From Chrysomallon squamiferum (taxonomy: Eukaryota; Animalia; Mollusca): 64,000 nucleotides of DNA. Within the stretch, counting starts at the first letter, position 1. The number at the start of each line of letters is the position of its first letter. Shown piece after piece: positions 39,302 through 61,206 of this stretch. A model generated the notes under the pieces. That model saw nothing but the letters and a program-made list of their open reading frames with translations. It was not told where the DNA came from and ran no database searches. Made by a program: the position numbers and the translations under genes. The stretch lies in assembly GCA_012295275.1 (NCBI GenBank), contig CM022677.1, forward strand, positions 1,736,001-1,800,000, in the 5' to 3' direction.

Positions 39302-39522
39302 GTATAGAGTTACCTCCCATTAGTCATAGGCTTATTTGTCATACAGTGGCTAATTGTTGGCATTGAATTGATCGTATTTTATTCTTGAATTTACACCAGA
39401 TATCCGAAGTAGAGTGATACAGATTTTTCAAAGTTTTGTTCATAATAGATTATAGTCAGCTTGGGAAATCTCTCCCCATTTTCAAAACTCTTTTATAAAG
39501 TATATTTTTATCTTTATTTTAC

Positions 39523-39665
<143 letters not shown>

Positions 39666-40170
39666 ACACACATCAATTATATTTATAGGTTCTGATCTGG
39701 AATCCTGTCTCACAACATCTTTATGTATTACACGCTGTATGCAGAAAAGAAAAATATTACAGAAACTAAATAATAAAACTTGATATTTGTCTACATAATT
39801 TTTCTGTTTACATTCTAAACACAAACTAAATGCAAAAATAAATGAAGTGGAAATTTATGATACAAAACAAATTTATTTGCATTTTGTTTATATACATAAA
39901 CAAACAAACAAACAGTAAATTCGAAACATAATCTAATTTACTAACATATTTAATATAAATCTGAATGAAAGAAAATTGATAAATAAATCAAATAACAGTT
40001 CTTGTATTTCATGTCCAACAGTCAGTAAGTACATATATAATTTATCTACATTTTATTTTATATACATTTTAAAGCGAAATAAAAAAGTACAAATGAAGCA
40101 AGAAATAGTTAATAATATTACGTTTTATATACAAACAACAAACATTAGAAATACTTAAATAAATAAATAA

Positions 40171-40233
<63 letters not shown>

Positions 40234-40449
40234 AAAGCAATGAGATGTATCTGTTTGACACAAATCAGTCCATTATAAAATTTCAAATCAAAGGAACTGT
40301 CTATGACGTCATCACCGCTGTCTGACGTCATCAGAAAAACATAAACAAATCAATAAATCAATAAGTAAACAAATAAATAAATAAATAAATACAAATATTA
40401 GGCCAGTGATGACTAAAAGTGACAGTGTTTGAACGATGTTGTTTTTACA

Positions 40450-41520
40450 CTAAAAAAATAACAAAGCAGGTATTTGTCCGTCTGTCACACATGTACGAAG
40501 TTGTCTGTCACTGTGTTTAGATTTGTGTGACTCAGAAAATCTACAAACAAAAGAGTCTACAACAATTTCTGATTTACCTTTAACTCCACACAATGAGTCT
40601 CCTCCCTTAACATTAACAAACAAGCTGTACTCAGTGTCTTTAGTAATCTTCACTGGACGTCTGAACACGACGTGTCATACACGTCAGACACGACGTTTCA
40701 TATCTCTGTGTCAGTGTAGACCCGTCCAGTATTTCGTCTGTTCTTGTGTCAGTGACGAAGGCGCTGACGTCGTAGTTTCGTGGTTCAGGGTAACCGTACA
40801 ACTGAAATCCGCGAAGTAAAGCGTTTTTGTTGACAGAGAAAGTAATGGCTTCATCTTCTTTACCAGAACATGTCCAGGAAGCAAACAATCCAACATCATA
40901 CCACTATACATACCAAAAACCTGTTTATTGTAATCTGTGTTTTCATCATTGCAGTTCTCTTGTTTGAGTTGAAAGGTGAAACATCTTCATCACTGCTCAC
41001 CAGGTGTCTCAAAATCTTGAGTTCTTCTGTGTCAGTGAGTATGTGAGTGGGTGTCACGTGTTTTACAAAATACGTCTGATCGAGTAATGGATAACGCACG
41101 TGCTTCACGACCTCTCCCAGTGCATCGCGCATGTTTTTTTCATTCGTCTGTCTCCCTTGCTTCCTGCACGCGCTGTCAGCCCACTTCACAGCGGCTTCAA
41201 AAACATTTTTCTCGTCTGCTGTCAGTTCGTCTGATCGTACGATCTCAACCAGACATTCGTGACAAAGATCGGTGACTTCATCTGACTTCAGAACTTCGTC
41301 GCCATTTTTCAAAATGTAGTCCAGAGATTTTTTCCTTAGATCATGTTCATCAAACCGGTGAGCTTGTTCCAGCACGACGCACGCATTCCGTGACGACAAC
41401 GACGACTCCAAATATTTCACGCACTGTTCTTCCAGTGTCGTGACGATGTACTTCCTCGATAGATACAGCAGACCGGTGACGTTGTCGCCTGTTAGGACGA
41501 CGTCATCCGTGTAAAGATAT
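40450..41520 (-). pseudogene. BTB-BACK-PHR gene copy 2, coding exon 2 with frameshifts (~40900-40920, ~40670-40700) and an altered C-terminus
   Basis: Homology is split over three ORFs (40896-41420, 40640-40888, 40450-40668); single acceptor CAG|ATAT at 41520. Either a true pseudogene or consensus indel errors. Confidence 0.75.
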
Positions 41521-41696
41521 CTGTGTAAAAGAAGTAGAGTAAGACTTCAAAATGTGAGATAATTATGTGAGATTATTCAATTAGAAAATAATTATATTAC
41601 TAACAAAAACTGTATTGTTATCAACGTTCGTGTCGGTTTGTATGTTTCGTTACTCACTATGTTCGTACCTGTGTCGCTGTGTGTGTCTGTGTGTTT

Positions 41697-41774
<78 letters not shown>

Positions 41775-41835
41775 TCTGTGTGTGTGTGTGTGTGTGGCTG
41801 TGTGTGTGTGTGTGTGTATGTGTTTGTTAACATAC

Positions 41836-42092
41836 TTTAAAAACTCGGTAAAAATATCTGCCTCAACATCAGGCAAGATGATGCTGTTTTGTTCGCGAAG
41901 TTCTCCCATAAACATTTTGTGGAAGACATCGCTTCTGATCATCAGGATGAAGCGATGTGCTTCTACAATTTTTTCTTCTTCCCCAACAACAAATCTGACG
42001 TCGCTGTCTGTTCTCGTACGAAAAACGTGTTCAATACACTCCGTTAGTGTTTTCCCTGTCTGCCAACTTGAAACTTCTGCTGAGGTGGCCAT
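41836..42092 (-). CDS. BTB-BACK-PHR gene copy 2, coding exon 1
   Basis: Same 257-nt exon and AA|GTATGT donor as copies 1 and 3. Confidence 0.88.
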
Positions 42093-42108
42093 GTTTTCAC
42101 TAAAAACA

Positions 42109-42162
<54 letters not shown>

Positions 42163-42875
42163 CTCATGTGAATATAATTTTAAAATGTTTCTAATACGCA
42201 GCCTCACATTGCAGTGATCAGTTTTCTATATTCACATCTAGCTATGACCTGTACATAGAAATATTTCAAATACTAAACATTTTTATGTAAAAAAATAATC
42301 AACCTGAGATAATTTCTAACAATCGAGTACTTTCTGTTTAAGGCCTGTACTGTTCAACACTGAGATCAGAAATCTAAAAACAAATAAATAAATAAAAGAT
42401 AATGAAAGAAAGAAAACAAATCAGATAAATATATACCAAATCGATAAAAGATAAAAAGAAGTACATTATGCTTACACTAGTGATTATTATGATGACGACA
42501 ACAACAATAATTATTATTATACACAGACATATTTAACTGTGGGAGATACGGTTTTCAAATCGCAATGTACATATGGTCATTTATACCAACTTACTCCTCG
42601 AAAAGACAAAATAATTAACCGACAATAACAAATCTAAAAGAAACACGATATAAGAAAAAGAATAATAAGTGAGGAAAATCAAGGCAAAAGATGTGAAACT
42701 TTTGAAATATAAAACAATATAAAATACCTTGTAATTTCAACTTCCTGATCGACAATTTCTTATAAGCGACTATTTTCTATCAACTCAGTTATAGATCACA
42801 GATGTCACCGATCTAAGAATAAATTAAATAAAAAAAAAATAATATAAAGTAAGCGATATATATAAAAGGCGTTAA

Positions 42876-42906
<31 letters not shown>

Positions 42907-42938
42907 TATAATAGGATAGCAGTAGTAATAGTAATAGC

Positions 42939-43011
<73 letters not shown>

Positions 43012-43430
43012 TTATTAAAGTCAGGATATACATAACTTTTTTCATTTCAATTTAAAACACCTGACACTTAAGTAATCTATTTGTTAGAGAACTAACTCTG
43101 ATATATTTATAATAAATTAAGAACAGTGGAAGCGTCAACACATAATAAAATATAAAATTTTATACACACGTTCAATATGGCCGACTGCTGTCAGTTCTGC
43201 TTTGTGTTCTTTTAGTTAGGAAACCCTCCACTGATAAACACGCGACTGACGTCAAATATCTTATACGTCATCAAGTGTTACGTTTCAGTTTCAGATTAAA
43301 ATAGACAAATCGTGCTACGAGATATATGTACACTGATCTTACATAAATCTTCTTTACAATAAATTACATTAATTCTAATTCAATAAATTAAATACTACTA
43401 GATGCCATTGCTTATACGTAAGTTATAAAC

Positions 43431-43479
<49 letters not shown>

Positions 43480-43828
43480 CAATATAAACAACAACAACAT
43501 CAACATGATCAACAACAACAATAATAATAATAACAAATATTTTTACAGTATACTGAATATAAGTGTACATGTCTTATTTCTCTGACGAGGCTTGCATGAC
43601 CAGTTTCAATGTAATCTAACACTGACTTTTGTTTGTTATGTAGGTCATATAAAAACAGCGTGTCACTGCTACATGAAACACACAAAGGTATACTCGGGTG
43701 TTATTTACAGCGATCTGACAAGTTAATTGTTAATACACAATCTGTCCATAAGTGTAGAAATAACCCGTGAAAATAAGAAATTATTTACATTTGTCAGCGT
43801 TGTGAGAAGATAAACAATTTCAATAAAG

Positions 43829-43892
<64 letters not shown>

Positions 43893-44249
43893 CATCCCTA
43901 CGGCTGATTTTGCTGAAGCCTGGAGCCCATGTGATCTGTTTTGTTTTTGTTTGAGTGCTAAAAGTTAACACTATGTATACCACAATCGCTCCATGTGCGT
44001 CACTCAAATGAATTTGGTGTCCGCCCGGGAAGTCGACAAATCTATTTTGTTTGGTACGTAGAATAATAAAAGTCCCGGGACGTGGACATTTCTAATTGTT
44101 TGTAAGTTCTGCTTTGCAGTTACGAAACGCCTTTTTTGTTAACAACCAGATGAGAACCCTGAAGTAGACTGTTGTGTGATTACTGTCCTTTGTAGATTCG
44201 TAATTCGGCTTCCATTAATTGAGTCGGTACCTGAGTCTTTTAGTTATTT

Positions 44250-49056
<4,807 letters not shown>

Positions 49057-49256
49057 NNNNNNNNNNNNNNNNNNNNNNNNNNNNNNNNNNNNNNNNNNNN
49101 NNNNNNNNNNNNNNNNNNNNNNNNNNNNNNNNNNNNNNNNNNNNNNNNNNNNNNNNNNNNNNNNNNNNNNNNNNNNNNNNNNNNNNNNNNNNNNNNNNNN
49201 NNNNNNNNNNNNNNNNNNNNNNNNNNNNNNNNNNNNNNNNNNNNNNNNNNNNNNNN
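49057..49256. other. Assembly gap (200 N)
   Basis: Run of N. Confidence 1.
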
Positions 49257-49569
49257 ATGACTGCATAATATAACATTTGAACTTTATTACACACAGTCAG
49301 AGAGGTGAGCATTTCATTTTATATCAAAAACAGAGTACAATGATCACTATCTTCACGTGTGTGAAAGTGACTGAAGGAAATGCAGTGTTATGTAAATAAA
49401 TGATTCATGTTCAGAATAGAATCTGTCGCTTCAATTCAGAGAGAGATAAAACCTGAATTACATAAGTCTAAAAATATCGTATTCATAACAATTGTGGCGT
49501 TTATACAAGAACAGTTGTGTTTAACAGAGACGATTATTTCAATGTGTCTGTTGGACTGAGGCAATTTAA

Positions 49570-49617
<48 letters not shown>

Positions 49618-50315
49618 TATTATTATTATTATTATCATCATCATCATCATCATCATCATCATGATAATGACGTTTAAGAGTTGTAAAATTAAAATGAACT
49701 CAAATAGGTCACCGCTAGGTGTCATGGGAAAAAGTTAAAGTGATCTGATCTCGATTCTATAGCACTTCTTCTTTTAGAAAATAAAGGTAATAAATGATAA
49801 TTTCACACGTCATAAAACATGGTATAGTAAAAGTTCTGTTCACATTTAAGCTGATCTTTGATCTCTGGCTGAAAAGTAGAGAAAACTAGTGAAAATGTTC
49901 ACACAGACAGACAGACTGTATTTCAAATTTGTCTCATATTCGACACAATACAAAATATTGGTGGATTATAGAATATTCCAGGTAATAAATGTGGTTAATT
50001 GCTGATGATTTTTTAATTTAATAAACTGTTTAAAAAAAAGAGAGAAAAAAAAAAAAAAAAAACACATAAATAAATAAATTAATAAATAAATAAATCAAAC
50101 ATATATCTATTCACATTTATCAGCAATGTCAGTTTAAAATTGAGGAGTTCAAAGAAATTTTAAAAATTTGAAGTAATCACAAGAACAAGAAAGATCAGAC
50201 AAGTTCTCGGCTCACTTGAACAAATGCAACAAAAAAACTAATTGTTTGACTGAGAGGATCTGGCACATTAAACAGCAACCAGTATGTTCGATTAATGGTA
50301 AATTAATGATGAGAA

Positions 50316-54830
<4,515 letters not shown>

Positions 54831-55055
54831 GAAAGTAATCGATTGTTAGAAATTATCTCAGGTTGATTATTTTTTTACATAAAAATGTTTAGTATTTGAA
54901 ATATTTCTATGTACAGGTCATAGCTAGATGTGAATATAGAAAACTGATCACTGCAATGTGAGGCTGCGTATTAGAAACATTTTAAAATTATATTTCGTAT
55001 GAGGTTATTATCATTATTATTATTATTATCATTATTATTTGTTTTTACTGAAAAC

Positions 55056-55312
55056 ATGGCCACCTCAGCAGAAGTTTCAAGTTGGCAGACAGGGAAAACA
55101 CTAACGGAGTGTATTGAACACGTTTTTCGTACGAGAACAGACAGCGACGTCAGATTTGTAGTTGGGGAAGAAGAAAAAATTGTAGAAGCACATCGCTTCA
55201 TCCTGATGATCAGAAGCGATGTCTTCCACAGAATGATTATGGGAGAACTTCGCGAACAAAACAGCATCATCTTGCCTGATGTTGAGGCAGATATATTTAC
55301 AGAGTTTTTAAA
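55056..55312 (+). CDS. BTB-BACK-PHR gene copy 3, coding exon 1
   Basis: ATG at 55056 (AACATGG); BTB N-terminal part; donor AA|GTATGT at 55312/55313. Confidence 0.92.
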
Positions 55313-55318
55313 GTATGT

Positions 55319-55353
<35 letters not shown>

Positions 55354-55499
55354 TGGAAATACATGTACACACACACACACGCACACGCACACAGAAACAC
55401 AGACACACACAGAGACACAGGTACGAATATACAAACCGACACGAACGTTGATAACAATACAGGCTTTGTTAATAATTTAATTATTTTCTAATTAAATAA

Positions 55500-55974
55500 T
55501 CTCACATAATTATCTCTCGTTTGAAGTCTTACTCTACTTCTTTTACACAGATATCTTTATTAACTGATCTCACATAGTTATCTCACATTTTAAAGTCTTA
55601 CTCTACTTCTTTTACACAGATATCTTTATTAACTGATCTCACATAGTTATCTCACATTTTAAAGTCTTACTCTACTTCTTTTACACAGATATCTTTATTA
55701 ACTGATCTCACATAGTTATCTCACATTTTATAGTCTTACTCTACTTCTTTTACACAGATATCTTTATTAACTGATCTCACATTGTTATCTCTCGTTTTAA
55801 AGTCTTACTCTACTTCTTTTACACAGATATCTTTATTAACTGATCTCACATTGTTATCTCTCGTTTTAAAGTCTTACTCTACTTCTTTTACACAGATATC
55901 TTTATTAACTAATCTCACATAGTTATCTCACATTTTAAAGTCTTACTCTACTTCTTTTACACAGATATCTTTAC
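55500..55974 (+). repeat. 69-bp minisatellite containing the 3' splice acceptor (7 acceptors)
   Basis: The G of ACACAG falls at 55550, 55619, 55688, 55757, 55826, 55895 and 55964. Confidence 0.95.
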
Positions 55975-57012
55975 ACGGATGACGTCGTTCTAACAGGCGA
56001 CAACGTCACCAGTCTGCTGTATCTATCGAGGAAGTACATCATCACGACACTGGAAGAACAGTGCGTCAACTATTTGGAGTCGTCGTTGTCGTCACGGAAT
56101 ACGTGCGTCGTGCTGGAACAAGCTCACCTATTTGATGAACATCATCTAAGGAAAAAAACTCTGGACTTCATTTTGAAAAATGGCGACGAAGTTCTGAAGT
56201 CGGATGAAGTCACCGATCTTTGTCACGAATGTCTGGTTGAGATCGTACGATCAGACGAACTGATAGCAGACGAGAAAAATGTTTTCGAAGCCACTGTGAA
56301 GTGGGCTGACAGCGCGTGCAGGAAGCAAGGAAAACAGACGAGTGAAAAAAACATGCGCGAAGCACTGGGAGAGGTCGTGAAGCACGTGCGTTATCCATTA
56401 CTCGATCAGACGTATTTTGTAAAACACGTGACACCCACTCACATACTCACTGAGGCTGAAGGATTCAAGATTTTGAGACACCTGGAGAGCAGTGAGGAAG
56501 ATGTTTCACCTTTTAACTCAAACAAGAGAACTGCAATGATTACACAGATTACAATAGACAGGCTTGGTTCGTACGATGATTTTCTTTGTGACTGGACATA
56601 TTCTGGTGAAGAAGATGACGCCATTACTTTCTCTGTCAACAAAAACGCTTTACTTCGCGGATTTCAGTTGTACGGTCACAACACAAACTACGACGTCAGC
56701 GCCTTCGTCACTGTCACAAGAACAGACGAAATACTGGACAGGTCTACACTGACACAGAGATATGAACACGTGTCTGGCATGTATGACGTCCTGTTCAGAC
56801 GTCCAGTGAAGATTACTAAAGACACTGAGTACAGCTTGTTTGTTAATGTTAAGGGAGGATACTCATGGAGTGGACGTGAAGGTAAATCAGAAATTGTTGT
56901 AGACTCTTTTGTTTGTAGATTTTCTGAGTCACACAAATCTAAACACAGTGACAGACAACTTCGTACACGTGTGACAGACGGACAAATAGGTGCTTTGTTA
57001 TTTTTAGTGTAA
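55965..57012 (+). CDS. BTB-BACK-PHR gene copy 3, coding exon 2; spliced product 434 aa, BTBD1/2/3/6-like Cullin-3 substrate adaptor
   Basis: Splicing gives LKYLYTDDVVLTGDNV, then a BACK domain and PHR motifs (W-T-Y-S-G..DAITFSVNK, GFQLYG, FRRPVKI, GQIGALLF). 257+1048=1305 nt, open. Confidence 0.92.
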
Positions 57013-58281
57013 AAAACAAGATCGGTCAAACATTGTCACTTTTAGTCATCACTGGGATCACATTTTCATTTATTTATTTATTTATTTATTTATTTGTTTA
57101 TTTATTTATTTATTTATTTATTTGTTTGTTTGTTTATTTATTTATGTTTGTTTACGATGTGTATTTCTGATGACGTCAGACAGCAGTGATGACGTCATAC
57201 ACTTTTTGATTTTTGAATTTTTTGATTTCTAATGAACTGATTTCTGTCAAACACGTGCATGATGTATATAAACATCTCATTTCTTGATTATTGTTATTAC
57301 TGTTATTGTTTATTTATTTATTTACTTATTTATTTATGCATTTTGCTTTTTGTATATAAAACATAATATCTGGAGACATTATGTATGTATTTCCTGGTTG
57401 TTACACATGTAAATAAGAACTGTCACTTGATTTATTTGTCCATTTTCTTTTTACTAAGACTAGCAACTCTTTGTTTATTTGTACGAGATATAAATAAACG
57501 AAAAACAGATAAATACATTTGTATTTTTATTATGAATTTTCACTTCGTTTATTCTTATATTTGATTTGTGTTTAAAATGTAAACAGGTGAATTACAAAGA
57601 TATAGAAATAAGTGTATCAGATATTATTATTTACTTTTGTTATTTATTTATTTGTTTTTTTCTGCAAACATTGACTAATAGCATATGTATATGCATGTGT
57701 ATAAGTGCAAGTGTATACACACACACAAATAATACATACATAAACACACACACATACACACATATATTAGCTTGCCTTAGGTTTCACCAACACTGATCAT
57801 TAGTTAATTTTAAAAAATAAACAATAAATAAATACACTGTTTTAAACATAAAACTTATATACAAAAAGAAGGAACATATATAATTGTATGTGTGTGTGTG
57901 TGTGCGTGTGTATATATATATATAGTAAACATTATAGCATTAAAAAAAATAAAAAACAAAGGTTAGACAAGTCTCTTACCAGATGTCGCCGCGAAACGCT
58001 TATCAAAGCAAGACCTGAGTTTGAAATTCTCTAAGGTGATCTGTGTTGTGTGTGTGTGTTAAAATGAATTTACAGAATTTATAGAATACATATCGTGTTT
58101 CACACATTAACACAACATATGTAAAACTAAAGAGAGCCCTTGGAAACAATAGACAACTTTTCTTTCATTATCTTAATACTGTTTTGTTTTCTATAGATTT
58201 ACACCGTTTATCGATATCTTGAATGAATGTTTTGTCGAACCAGACTATCTGAAAATCATGACTATACAAACATCCTACAAG

Positions 58282-58455
58282 ATAATACAAGCTATCATAG
58301 ACGTGCTTCACAACAGCTTGCTCTGATTAGCACGTTCATTTTTTCACATTCACAGTATGAATAATACAAGTTATCATAGACTTGCTTCACAACAGCTTGC
58401 TCTGATTAGCACGTTAATTTTTTCACATTCACAGTATGAATAATACAAGTTATCG
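58282..58455 (+). repeat. 79-bp tandem repeat, ~2.2 copies
   Basis: ATAATACAAG recurs at 58282, 58361 and 58440. Confidence 0.85.
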
Positions 58456-58612
58456 CTTCGCTGTTTTTCATAATCTTGTTCAAAATAGATCTTGTTCAAA
58501 ATTGTATAGTTACATACAGACTATTATCTATCCTTTGTTATCAGATGTATAAATAATCAATAGCAATGAAAAACAGGATATACAAATAACATAAGCTTTT
58601 AGGCACGTACAC

Positions 58613-58653
<41 letters not shown>

Positions 58654-59285
58654 TCATCCATTTTCCCTCTAAATATTACATACCTTTGTTTCTTATTGTT
58701 AACACACACACATACACACTGGCACATACACAAACACAGATATAGATTAATTCAGTATATTACAGTATATATTTCATGAGTTGAATAATCTAAATATAGA
58801 CAGTTTGTTTCTGTGCGTGAATGAGAGCGTCCACACACTATAGGTATGACGCAAATCTTTTAAGTATCACCTTTTTATTATTTTAATACCTGTAATTAAT
58901 CTAATATAATCTCTCTCTCTCTCACTTTTTTTTTTTTCACAACAAATTTCGCTTGGTTAAGATTTACACAGAATATCATGTAAGCATCAACAGGGCAGAA
59001 AAATGCAAAACTGTTAGGAAAATTTTAGTTGTCATTTAGCGACAGTGGATTCGTACCAATCACCACTGAAGTAAAGTTGATCCGAGGCAGGTTCCAGTAG
59101 CGAAACGGTCCTGGCTTCTGTTTCCAGTACGCTCTGTTTTTAAATTTATTTATTTATTTATTACGTAGATTTTAAGTAGATTTTAATTATTTTCGTTACA
59201 TGAAATTCTGTCTGGTATACACCACAACCCATACAACTAACAGTCGGGGAAAACAACGAAAATGAGTTTCAAAATGTATTACAGG

Positions 59286-59406
<121 letters not shown>

Positions 59407-60226
59407 ATACACCTACTGATACATGTGTGATTTTGTGTGTGTGTGTGTGTGTGTGAGTGTGTGTGTGCACACAGTCGAAATATATTTTATCTTCCGCCTT
59501 GTCACTTATGTGATGAAAAGCCGAGGAACTGCGGGATTAACTGTCACCTTGGCAGTGCTTGGTGTTACGGACTTTTGTCTCGCAGAACGATCTGCCGAGT
59601 TTTTCTTATTAGGTGAGAAAGGTGGAACGATCGCTGTGGATTGAACGCGCTGGGTAACTGACTAATCACACACACACACAGACACACACACAGACAAACA
59701 CATACACACACATACACACACACACAGACACATACAAACACATACACACACAATGATGATGTTGGTAATAATAAACTTTGATGTTACTCCAAAGCAACCA
59801 TCTAGTCTTCTATAAATCTGTTTTAAAGGACGTTTTTCTAAAACAATGTATTGATACAAACTACTGTGATGCATCGCTTAACGTTTCATGTACACGCCCT
59901 TTGCCCATAAAAATAACAAGAAAATAACGGTAATAATGATGCTGCAGCTGCTGCTGATGATGATGATGCGGAAGATAATGACAAACAAATACATAAAAGA
60001 AGAAAAAACAAAAACAACATCAACAACAAATTAGCTATTGGGACAATTCAGAAAACCAACTCTTATAAATTAAAAAGGCGATAATATAGATTTTTAATTC
60101 CTATCGATTATCATTATACAAATAAATTACTATTTCCTTCAGATGTATTGTTGCTCTTTAAGGAAAAGCACAGAAGGGCAGGTAAGTCTGGAGTCATATG
60201 ATTTAAAAACGAAATAGAAAGTCGAG

Positions 60227-60681
60227 ATGTCTTTTGCAGTTGTGATTGTGTTTTTCTCGTCACTTGATTTATCTTTCTCCAAACTACTGGCCGGGTTCGT
60301 TCTGCCGCACGGCGGAATTGCTCTGGATCCGAAACATTTCAATACAACCAACCACACAGCAAAACAAGAAGCGTGGAAAATTCACGAAACCTGCAAAACT
60401 GTCGATCAGACGATTCTGTCTTTATCGCCCGATATACTTTTTCTGAGCACGCCCCATGGTATTTCTGACATAAATAACTTTGTGTTCTATTTAAATCCCA
60501 CAGGAGAAGGCTTTGCAGATACTGATAATTGCAACTGTCCTCCTTGTTGTTATAAAGTAACCGCTAATCTTTCTAGCCAACTTTTGGAAGACATCGTAAA
60601 TAAATTTGGCTCTGCTCGGAATATTTCGGGATTAAGCGGTTATGGTCCACCCGGTAAAAGCGATGAAGCATTTCCACTGAG
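60227..60681 (+). CDS. Coding exon 1 of a LigB/class III extradiol dioxygenase (Memo/LigB-fold)-like protein with possible signal peptide
   Basis: GFVLPHGG and PDILFLSTPHG match the two N-terminal His motifs of LigB-type proteins; hydrophobic N-terminus; donor AG|GTGAGA. Confidence 0.78.
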
Positions 60682-61081
60682 GTGAGAAAAAACATGCATG
60701 TAAAAATTAGCATAAACACTTCTTTTTTAAATTAGCATAGACTAATAATACTGACAGGAAGGAAACATTATCCTATAAAAATATAGTTATTGATAAACCA
60801 ATTTCTGTTTTCGTTTAATGCAAAGTTTCACAAAAGACTGAGGACCCACAATATGCCGTTTTCGAAACGTACTGTACATAAAAAATATATATTTATTTCC
60901 AATCCTATTTATAATATATTATATAGAAATGTTTTTATATATTTTATCACAAAACTGACATTATTTATAAATACTCTTGTAAAGTAGAGTCATACATTAT
61001 TTTCTTTTTTAAAATTTCGTTTTCTTGTATTCATTTTGTTACATATTTATTTATTTATTTATTTATTTGGCACATATTAAG

Positions 61082-61206
61082 ATGGGGTGAAGTGATCCCA
61101 GGTCATTTGATACCAGATCTGGAAAACACAAAAGTTGTAATTCTCTCGCAGCCCAGCAGACGATATACACATGATGTTGCCATGATACCAGAACTTCTCC
61201 ATTTAG
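61082..61206 (+). CDS. Coding exon 2 of the LigB-like gene (gene continues downstream)
   Basis: TTAAG|A restores frame: (PL)RWGEVIPGHLIPDLENTKVVILSQPSRRYTHDVAMIPELLHLG; donor G|GTATTT. The LxWGxxIP motif fits the family. Confidence 0.78.

Noticed and set aside
55500-55974. 69-bp repeat as a 23-codon coding repeat
   Set aside because: In the gene's reading frame each unit has TAA immediately after the acceptor.
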